A DNA stretch of 64,000 nt from Owenia fusiformis (taxonomy: Eukaryota): positions 24,180,001 to 24,244,000 of the forward strand of contig CAIIXF020000001.1 of NCBI GenBank assembly GCA_903813345.2, read 5' to 3'. How positions within the stretch are numbered: position 1 is the stretch's first letter; each line of letters begins with the position of its first letter. The translations under genes and the position numbers were made by a program. Below the pieces are notes generated by a model. It saw only the letters and a list, made by a program, of their open reading frames with translations. It searched no databases and was not told the origin of the DNA. Below are positions 53,884 to 64,000 of the stretch, one piece after another.

Positions 53884-56410
53884 CTACATTCTATTTTTTA
53901 AGCGTAATGCCTTTTGAATGTTAGCAATTTTTTCCTTCGTAATTTTTGGAGAAGTCTTACAATGTCTTTCCACTAAAGTTAGCACTCTGTTAACATTAGT
54001 CTGGTCTAGTGGGGGTCTAGAGCTCTCTGAACGACTTGATTTTTTCCCGGTGACACTATGGAGTATCAACTCTTCTTCTGTGAAAAAATAGCTTACCAGC
54101 TTTTTTGTCACTGAACGGACATCACTTGCTGGTAGATGCTTAATAACATCATAAGCAATGTCATTTTCGTCCATATGCATTGCTTTTCTTATTTCAGCAA
54201 CTTGGTTCTCGAGGTCCTTTACTCTCCTCTTTAGGCTTCTAATAGTTCTAGCAGACCTATATTGAAATAAATTGGAGACATTCAAAATCACAGGTATTTT
54301 TTCATACTTTTTTCTGAAAGGTAAACATGGTCATGCAGGGGTTTCAATAAATATGTTTTCAACAGGCTTTTTTGGCGATTTCAATAGGCTGGAACTTATT
54401 TCACCAAAATTGCTAAGGACAATGAATTTTTTTCTCAATATTTGAACAGGCATACTTGTGATTTTTTGCCGTCTGCCTGACTCATTATGAAAAGGCCAGA
54501 GGGATTAAAGAAGTAGTTTAAGTAAACCTCTTTCAGTAACTAGTAATTTATGCTTGAGTTAACAACGTGAAATAAATAGGTAAAAATTATCTTACTTGTT
54601 CCCAGAGTTTGGGGGATTTTCTTCTTCCAAGTCTTTCAATGAATGCTCATCTTGGTTGGTTTTAATTTTTTCCCTTGATGCCTTTGCAGATCTGTTATAA
54701 ATAAATTGGTGGCATATTTAAAATCTGAGGCATATTTTAATTTTATACTTTATTTCTGAAAGGTGAAACATGGTCATGCAGGAGTTTCAATAAATATGTT
54801 TTTAATAGACCTTTTGGCAATTTTAATAGGATTTCACTAAAATTGGTAATTTCTCAAAATTTGAACAGGCTTAATTGTGATTTGAAATGGTTTTTTGCCA
54901 TCTGCCTTTGACTCATGGTCAAAATGGCAGAGGGAATTCTTTGAAGTATGGTAGTTAACTTAAAGGGGCAATAAGGCTTGTAGAGAGAAAATAGGAAAAT
55001 TTCAACTTTTTCTGAGCTATCAAGGCAACATTTGGCTTAACATCTTCTTTGACATACCTATTTTCTTAAAATGTATGGATAAACTATCAATTTCAGCATT
55101 AAGAAGTGTAAATTCAGTTCAAAGCTAAATGGGACGTCCACTTTTATATTTTTAAGATCCACCATGTTTCAAGAGGAATATCAGCTGAAATAATGTTTAT
55201 CTAGAGACTAGCGGGTTTCATTGTAGATAATAAAAATAGATGTTAGTCTTGATGAAGTATCCAAACTTAAATATATTTTGACACTGGTCCATGATCGTTA
55301 AATAGCCCCTCTGCACTAATTGTTGCACCTAAATTATGCTTGACTTAACAACATGAAATAAATAGGTAAAAATTATCTTACGTGTTCTCAGAGGCTGAGG
55401 CATTTTCAGAGGCTGAGGCATTTTCTGGCGAACTAGCCATATCATCTGTGTCACTCGATGAATGCTCATCTGTCATGTCTGTCTCCCTGTCCCCGGCATC
55501 TTCAATGCAACCACCTCGGTTGCGTGCGATGTTACCCCAATATGCCTTGATTAGACATATAATCTCATCTTGGGTTAAATTCTCATCAATGTACTTATCT
55601 GTCTTTTTGGCAGCTTGTACAAGCTCTGCATCGGACAATGATGCTAAAATAATAAGAGAAATTTCTCAGTCTAAAACTCAATCAGTCTCTAACTATAATG
55701 TTAGCCTGTAAGCGCAAGTCTTCAGTGATCAAAATAGAATAAAATCAACAACCCCAAAATTTTACGGGTGACAAAGTTTTTCATCCGTCAAAATAACCTA
55801 CCTGTCAATATTTCGACAGATTAAAATTAGTTCCCTTCGAATGATGACCTGCAGGCCCTTAGCCAGGATTTGCCAAGGGGGGGTTCACTTTTCAGAAAAA
55901 TTCCAGGGGGGTTCACGTTGACAAAGTTGACCCAAAATCACATGAAAATGCTCAGAATGGTGATGCATGATTTTGAAAGAATGTTTGGCCAGGGGGGGGT
56001 CCGAACCGAATCGACCCCCCCCCCCTGGCTACGGGCCTGACCAAAAGGTCAAAAGTCAATCACACGAGTCGCAACTGACAGAGAGAGAAAAGTTGTTGGG
56101 CCAAATGTGTTACAGGGCCTCAATTAATGTGCCTTTATGTCATTAAAAGGCCTTTAAGGGCCTCATTTTTAAAGAAACTGACCCTAAATTTTCAAAATTT
56201 TGAATTCTAACAGTCTTGCTTACCTCCGATCCCCAAGCAAATAGCGTCGTGTTCTTTAGCTTTCTTTCCAGCACCAAATCTACAAACGACAAATTCACCT
56301 AGTTCTGGGCATGTTCCTTTAGATCTATTGACAAGATTCCTGGCAGGCTCGATACTTTGTGTAAAATCTTCCACCCAAAGTAGCAATAAATAGTCTGTTT
56401 TCTCCGCCAT
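53884..56410 (-). CDS. BEN-domain protein, 305 aa (N-terminal beta-rich module, acidic linker, coiled coil, C-terminal BEN-like domain); likely transposon accessory gene
   Basis: Exons 56224-56410, 55382-55643, 54596-54691, 53884-54256; GT-AG, 918 nt, open. C-terminal TKKLVSYFFTEEELILHSVTGKK...RPPLDQTNV matches the BEN signature (L...FF..E.L...S.TG.......LD). Heptad stretch IRSLKRRVKDLENQVAEIRK. Confidence 0.8.
55852..56039. mobile_element. Short MITE in BEN gene intron 1
   Basis: TIR CAGGCCC.TAGCCAGG / CCTGGCTACGGGCCTG. Confidence 0.75.
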
Positions 56411-58756
56411 CTTCTTCGAAAATTCGCGCGTCTGAAGATTGACGTAATGAAATATTAACCAATCAGCAGCAATGATGCTGTACCCAGGATGCATCGGGGA
56501 AGTGAAAGAAAATGGCAAAATTTACTCTGTGATTTTGTATCGGATTTGTTAAATATTATTATTGATGTGCATACAAACGTAAATGTTATCCTATTTTCGG
56601 TATAAATACGTACAAAACTACAGTATAATAAGAGTAAAACAGTCTGATTTATGGAATTTACATTAAAAGTAAAGGCGCGACGGTGTAATTTCGTTTAGTT
56701 GAGGTTTCAATTTAGACAGATTAACTACTTCCGGCAAATCCGTAAAAACAATTTTAGATCAATATTTTGATTAAAAATAACAAATCAGGTTAGTAAATTC
56801 AATCTATTTCCATGCATAGATGCCGGCAAGATTATTTTTTAGAAGGATAGCTCAATATTATATTATTCAGATGGGACGGTCCCCTCGAAAAAAATCAAAT
56901 TTAAAATTTACGTCAACGATCACGAGTCGGGGGGGGGGGTGCCGCTGAGACTCAAAATATCTACCCACATCTTGGGATTTTGTTCTCTAAAAATGAACCC
57001 GGTTTTCTTTCAAAAATAGACCCACTTCAAGGTAATTTTTAAAACACAAGACCCACTTCCGGCGATTTTTTTCAAAAACAATACCCAGTTTTAGGATTTT
57101 TCCAAAAATAGACCCATCTCTAGGGATTTTTTCCCAGATTTTTTTTATCAAAATGAAACCTCAATCTAGGGTTTTTTCTTCAAAATGGGACCCACACCTA
57201 GGGATTTGGCGAAAGAGTGACCCATTTTAGTGGCACGTCCCCATATATTACTCGAGTCTCTAGCTTACAGCTAGATGTAACTTGATTGATTTCGTATGTT
57301 TTCCTGAAAAAATGTCATACACGCACCTTGAACTCATTTTTAATAGTTTCTATAAATATTTATAAGAATATTAATCATATTGATGTAGAAGCTTTGCTTG
57401 TCTGAATTTAGATATTTCAAAATTTCTTTTCGGAAAAACATTCAAACTCAATGGATCCGCCATTTATACACCTCAGTGACCTCATTCGCAGAAAAATGGT
57501 GGCCATTTTAAAATGAAATTTCGTTTTGCGAAATTAAATGCTAAATACACTCGATTAAGACGGGGATATGAGCTGATTTTCTGCAAATGTATGCATAAAG
57601 GTATGTTTCATATAATAATGACGAAACAACTGTGCGTGGTCACCATGCATTGGCAAATATTGAATACCACAGCTGCTGTAACAGTGGCTCAAAGCCAGAT
57701 CATAGAGAAGGCTTTGGAACTAAGTAACCCATATAGATCTAGCCAATATATGGGGGTTGGTTTATATCCTTTCTTTGAGGTGCTTTAATGTCACCTAGGT
57801 GGTCTCTAGTGCTGGTTTTGTCTCTTGTACATTTAGTTTTGCGATTAGCTACTCTTGTGGTTTGTAGAGTCCTTTTTTGTTTTATATAAAATCCTGTACA
57901 GGTTGGCTAAGATCATATTCATAACTGCGATTGTTATTCACATTGTCGTGCAGCCATTTCAAAAAAATATGAGACATCTCATATCAAATCATATCTCATT
58001 CGAAGCGTCTTGTTATTCTTTAACTTTCTTATCACTAACGAATCGTATACAAACAATTAGACAAAATAGTGATATATATTCAATATTGGTGGAAGGCTGT
58101 CCAAATCTGAATGTGCTTCTGTGATCCGAGAAATGTGAAGTCAGCATTACAATTATATTTGAATACACAGGATCCCAGAACAAGATTCGGTGTCTCATCT
58201 TGAGGAATATTTATTGAGCTTCTGATCCCTACTACAAAAGAATTTTGCTGGCATCTATGTTTCCATGTACGTTTTTACTGAAAATACATGTCGCATTTCT
58301 AAATTGACTTTTTCCTAGAAATTCAAAATTTTGAACCTTAGTCTACAGCACATACAGGGAACAGATAGTACACTGACTGAAATTCTCTCTGTACCCAGTA
58401 GGTAAATTTTGTTCGGTGTACTAAAACTATCTGTTCCCAGGCCTATGGTCTACACAGCCCTAAAGGCTAGAGTTGGAGGAAATGTAAGTTGGTAGTCGAC
58501 TTTTTGTGATTTTGATGTCATTTCTGCATTTCACAATCCACAATCGTGTGATTCATAATTGAAAATTAACATGTGACTCTATTGAGCGTTGCAACAAAAT
58601 TCACCCTGACCTTTACACCAGATTCAAATTTGTCCCACTCACTTTCGATTTATATTTCTCACATGACAAAACAATAATCAAAATCAAAAAAGTAGGAGAT
58701 ATATCTAATTTGGTAAATTTTGTATCAGGATTTCCCATCACAAAAAATAATGACTG

Positions 58757-60068
58757 CAGACTTGCCAACCTAAAATGAAAAATTTGCGTGAGATTTTCAA
58801 AAAATTGCGGTACTTTTACATGAGAGTTCTCCAAAATACGGTAGTTTTTGCGGGAGATTTTTGAAAAAACTAGAGTTTTTTACGCGCGATTTTTGAAAAA
58901 CTGGAGTTTTTAAGGGAGAGTAGTTTTTAAGTAAATTTTATAAAAAGTGGTAGTTTTTGCGGGAGATTTTTGAAAAAAACGGAAGGTTTTGCGGAGGATT
59001 TTTTAAAATACAGGAGTTTTGCGGGAGATTTTTGAAAAACGGGTGTTTTTGTGGGAGATTTTAAAAACGGCGATTTTTATGGGAGATTTTTGAAAAAAGG
59101 GAGTTTTTACGGGAGAGTTTTGATAAAACAGGAGTTTTCGTGGGAGAGTTTTGAAAAAACGGCAGTTTATGTGGGAGAGTTTTGAAAAAAACGGCAGTTT
59201 TTGCGGGATATGATTTTGAAAATAAACGGAAGTTTTTGTGGTAGACTTTTGACAAACGGTAGTTTTTGCGGGAGATTTTTGAAGAAACTGTAGTTGTTGC
59301 GGAAGAAAAAATGGGAGGAGCAGATTTTATTATTCTAGAAGCTGATTAAACATGCGTAAAATGCATGGGGCGTGCTACCACTGATCATATCAGACTAAAT
59401 CATGCAAAGTATGCAAACTATAGACTCTAAAAAGTAGTTCTTATCATTTCCATCCCGTTTTGAACGATATCGCCGATTCATACATGAATCTGTGACATTA
59501 AGGATGCAGTACAGGGTTAGCGTAGCTTACGTTCCAGATATTAGATTATGCTCATATTTTTCGCACTGTATCACAATGATGTTATCATTAGCCAAGTGCA
59601 ATATAAAGAGGACTGACCAGCTGGTTACTACAAGATAAATTATTTACATTGACGGAATTTTTGAAAAAGATTTCTATGCATTTTTCATTTTCGGGTCACA
59701 GTTTCTTCATAAATATTGACTATGTCCAATAGAAACTTCATCTACCGACAGAAATATAAACCATCTATATTACGGATCCATAAAAATGATAAATGGCATG
59801 CAAACAGTTAAAAATGTATAAACATATATAAAATGTGCAAACAGATAAGAAAATTGTTGAAAAAATGAAACGGTCCCCGAGTTTGCAAAATGTAACGCCC
59901 AATGCGGAAATCGAACCGAAGACCTTTCGTTCCCAAGAGAGATTTTAGTAGAAATACGGTACGGGAGTGTTTACGGGAGAAAACGGTACAGGAGTTTTGT
60001 TATTTTTTACGGAAAAACAAAAAATTTACGGGAGATTCCCGTAAAAAAACGGGAGGTTGGCAAGTCTG
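58757..60068. mobile_element. hAT5-like MITE with a 5-bp TSD and an internal ~30-bp degenerate tandem repeat
   Basis: TIR CAGACTTGCCAACC / GGTTGGCAAGTCTG; GACTG at 58752-58756 and 60069-60073; ACGGTAGTTTTTGCGGGAGATTTTTGAAAAA-type repeats ~58835-59305. Confidence 0.8.
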
Positions 60069-60235
60069 GACTGCAAACTTACATTTCTGCTGAGAATAGA
60101 TATATGAGACTGGCGCCAAATTTTGCTCCCCAACTTCTTACTTTCACTGTGCAGCTTGTGGATTGATTATATACATATCATCATAAAAATTTGTCTTTTT
60201 TATTTTGCAGTTAATAGCTTGACTCACCATTTATT

Positions 60236-63200
60236 ATGAATGAATGTGAGAATACAAACCAAAACAGTCCAGGTTTCTTGGTTCTGCAGGAAAATGGAAA
60301 GAAACAATTTGAGTGCAGGGAATGTAGGCGGACTTTTACAAATAAAAGAAACATTGAAATGCATCTACATTCAAGTCATGGCTATTGTAAGTTTCCATTT
60401 TTGAAGTTCAAAAAGTGGTTTTTGAAGGACTTTTTGTTGGAAAATTGTGAATTTGTTTAAAACTAACTTTTAGAGGCCACACGTATCAATCGCCCATATA
60501 CAAATGCATGTAGCATTCTCACATAAATAGTCATCATAGTAGTCATATACTATCAGATACATGAAGATTGATCCACTAGAACTGATGAATATTCAAGTTC
60601 AAAAGAACCTTTTTCTATACTTGCTATGGTATCTGACCCGATGTAGCCACCTTGTGGTGAAATTGGTAACTACCTACTGGCATCTGGGTAATTAAAACTC
60701 GATGAATTTTATAATTTATTTTTGAATCCATTTCCCATTGTGGAGTTAACAAATATATTTTCTTACAGCTTCACCAGTGAAGAAGTATAAATTGTACGAA
60801 AACAAACCAGGATTAAAAGAGAATGTACCAAGGAGTACCGTTTGGTATAGAGCAAATAGGAGTAAATTGGAGAAAGAGCAGGAAGGTAAATAATTTAGAT
60901 TTATGTAACCTCATCTTTTAAGCTCACATGGGTCACGGGCTTATCTACCTTGATCCAATCTTATGTTACTATTGTTTTAGTATAGGATTCCCTAATATAT
61001 AAATATGCTTATTCGGCAAGTTTGAAAAGTGCAGCCCCTCTCTATAGGGAAAACCTCTGAACAAGGAAACTTTCCTCCAGTCTCAAGAGCATTCCCTGTT
61101 CGCAGGTTTTACTGTACATATAATTTAATTAAATTGTGCACTTTTCAGGTACAGATGATCAAGGGCCAGATGGAGAACGTCAAAATGATCAGAAAGATTC
61201 ACAGGATGACATCACCCCTGAGTATTCAGACAAGGCCTATACAATTTCTGAAAAAAGTGAAACCACTAGTATTGAACTTGAGAATTCTATTGCTATTTCA
61301 TCACTCGTGGGTAATGGTACTGTAGTCCAATCTGTCACTCAATTATCAGATTACAATCATGGTGACAAGATTGATGAAAGTTCATCTGCAACTGACTATG
61401 TTAATGGTAGCGAGCCATATGGCAAACTTGATATTGACTCAGACTCAACATCTATGAACTCGCATTCAGAATTGGACTCTGACGGTTATGAAAATATATT
61501 TTCTGACTCTGAATTTGATTCTTATAGTGATTCAAGCATATACAGTTGTTCATCTGATTCGGAGACTGAACGCACATCCTGTTCAGAAATTGAAAATGAC
61601 TCACTTGATCTTGACAAAGATATAATTGGCAGTGATGTGTATTTAAAGATACTGTCATGTTTTATTCGCAATGAACTTTCAGCTACAGCTTGCAAAGATG
61701 TGTTACAAACATTTCAGAAACTAACTCCAGAATCTCAGGTTTGGAATCAAATATCATATGACAAGATATGGAGCATAGTGGATAATGTTACCAAGCAAAT
61801 TCATTATTGCCCAGATTGTAGCAGGATATTTCCCGAGGATGACGTTGACTGTGTGGAATGTCCGTGTGGTGGTCTAAGATATATTGGTACAGCAGAGGAA
61901 CAGAGAAAAGCTAATCGACAACCATGCAAAAAGTTTGTGTTTCTTGATCCAAAGAAATACATAAAGGACCTACTTGAGCTACCAGGTAAAGTATTATTGG
62001 AATGTTTCAGTTCAATTGAATAATTTGGCATTATTTTCTAAAATCCTACTTTTCAAGATGGCCACTGAATTTCAAAATGGCGGCCATTTTCCCTTAAAAA
62101 AACGTAATCTTTGATAACTTAAATACCAGTGAACGGATTTGGTTCAAATTTTATATGATGATGCCTAGGGACAAAGTAGATCTGTTCGAGTAAGAATTTT
62201 CAAGATGGCAGCTGAATTTCAAAATGGCGGCCATTTTTCGTAAAAAAAATAATCTTTGATAACTCAAATACCAGTGAACGGATTTGGTTCAAATTTTATA
62301 TGCTCATACCTAGGGACACAGTAGCTCTGTTCAAGAAAGAATTTTCAAAATGGCCACTGAATTTCCAAATGGCTGCCATTTTTATAAAAGAAAGTAATCT
62401 TTGATAACTCAATTGCTAATTGACGCACAAGACTGTGGGTCCTTTATTACATTGTCCTAATTATCTTTTACAGGAACTTATTTTATTTATCTTTTACAGG
62501 AATGTGGGATGGCCTACAGAAAAACAAAGGAGTCATACTCGAACGCTATGAAACTAGTGATGGGGTACTAAAAGATGTTACAGATGGTGAGGTCTACAGA
62601 AACCTAATAAAAACTGGATTTTTATCAAATCCTCACAATATTAGTGTCATGATGAATACAGATGGTGTTAACCTCTATAAATCAACAGGTGTTGAAATAT
62701 GGCCGATTTTCCTATCAGTGACTGAACTCCCTCCTGCAGAGAGGTTTGCTCGTGAAAATATGATCCCAGCTAGTTTATGGCAAGGAAAGGGTAAGCCACC
62801 TTTCCAACAGTACATGGAAGTATTCTCATCGGAAATGAACAAACTATATACAGAGGGCATAGATATTCATGTAAATCAAGAAATGATAAATGTGAAAGTA
62901 GTAGTCATTACATCACCAGCAGACCTACCAGCTAGGGCAAATATGATGAACATGACATATTATAACGGCCAGTATGCTTGCACAACTTGTGAAATACCAG
63001 GCAAAACTGAAGTACAAGGTGGTGGACACACTAAAGCATTTCCAGCCCAGCACACCTACAAATACAGAACAGACAAGGAGATTCGCGATTGCATGACAAA
63101 AGGCCAAGAGAAAAAAAGAATCCTGGGTTTTAAAGGTAAATCTGGGCTCTATGATCTGAAAGGAGTGGACTTGAGCAAACTTTGCCCACCCGACTACATG

Positions 63201-64000
63201 CACTGTGTCTGTATGGGTGTAATCCCAAAAATTAATAAAAGGTGGTTTTCTTCTGAAAACAGCAATGAAAGTTACCATGTTGGTAAAGAAATAAAAGAAA
63301 TTTCAAGAAGAATGCAGTATATTAAGCCACCAAACATGATAGAAAGGTTACCACGAAACCTGGAGAAACATTATTTACACTTCAAGGCAACTGAAAATCA
63401 AACATGGATGCTTTTTTATGCAGTACCTTGCCTCGAAGGAATCCTCCCTAAGAAATACTTGGACCATTTCAAAAAACTCTCTGAAGGCATACACATTTTG
63501 CTTGGTGACAGTATAACTACAGAACAAATTAACAGAGCAGAACTTCTCCTCAAAGAATTCTACGTTGAATACCCCAAGCTATATCCCCCTGGAGACTGTA
63601 CATTGAACTTGCACTACATTGGAGCCCATTTCGGATATTGGGTCCAACAATTGGGACCATTGTGGAATTGGAGCTGCTTTCCCTATGAAGATTCAAATGC
63701 ACATATATTAAAAATGTGCCATGGAACAGGGGATGTAACAACACAGATAATGAGGCAAAAAACAGCTGAGATTAAAATAAGGACACAAAATCAACCAGTC
63801 AAAATCAAAGAGTTGAATACAACTGAGGAAAAACTTAAAATACATGGTAAAACAAGGCCATTATCTGATTCTGATCATGATCTGGACTCTGTGCCTCAGA
63901 ACTGTACATCAGTGGCTTCACGAATCTCCATAAATGGAGAGATGTTCTACTCTGATGAGTATGCACGCATGAAGAGGAGAATTTGTAACTGTGTGGAATT
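60236..64000 (+). CDS. CMC/EnSpm(CACTA)-type DDE transposase, spliced, more than 868 aa, 3'-incomplete
   Basis: Exons 60236-60386, 60769-60885, 61149-61985, 62500->64000; by my manual translation the last exon is stop-free to the window end. Motifs: C2H2 finger, VPRSTVW, HYCPDC..CPC, DVTDGEVY, NTDGVNLYKS, IWPIF..ELPP.ERF, DLPARA, NGQYACTTC, DYMH, RLPR, FKATE, LGPLWNWSCFPYEDSN. Confidence 0.92.
62050..62412. repeat. ~2 tandem copies of a ~165-bp HINE-like core repeat in a transposase intron
   Basis: AATCTTTGATAACT.AAATACCAGTGAACGGATTTGGTTCAAATTTTATATG and AAAATGGCGGCCATTTT are repeated; relative at ~20720-20830. Confidence 0.7.

Larger units (their letters stand above)
51595..64000. mobile_element. 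Large CMC-superfamily (EnSpm/CACTA-like) DNA transposon, left part; right end beyond the window
   Basis: Candidate CCC terminus CCCCGGCGAAAAAG, then a subterminal tandem array, a BEN gene and a CACTA-type transposase. Second TIR and TSD are not visible. Confidence 0.7.

Noticed and set aside
62675-63744. Minus-strand ORFs in the last 1.5 kb
   Set aside because: Antisense shadows of the transposase exon, which the ORF track missed because it has no stop inside the window.

Overview
AT-rich animal genomic DNA with GT-AG spliceosomal genes; the gene and repeat content suggests an invertebrate, but the taxon cannot be fixed from the sequence. I rebuilt gene models by hand from splice sites and reading phase. 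Host genes: the 5' end of CLASP (- strand) lies head-to-head with a complete 10-exon PA2G4/EBP1 (+). A multi-C2H2 zinc-finger gene (-) lies head-to-head with a short DFFA/ICAD-like CIDE-N gene (+). The 3' part of a gene encoding at least 3 TSP1 repeats plus a CASPR/neurexin-IV-type fibrinogen-like domain is on the - strand. The last 12.4 kb look like the left part of a large, apparently intact CMC (EnSpm/CACTA-like) DNA transposon: a CCC terminus, a ~300-bp subterminal tandem array, a spliced BEN-domain gene, and a divergent spliced DDE transposase that runs off the window. Introns are full of MITEs with readable TIRs and TSDs. PA2G4 intron 4 holds a 6.8-kb decayed, intron-containing piggyBac. 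A 22-bp minisatellite and a 59-bp satellite each abut the stop codon of a host gene. Family assignments come from motif recognition, not database searches.
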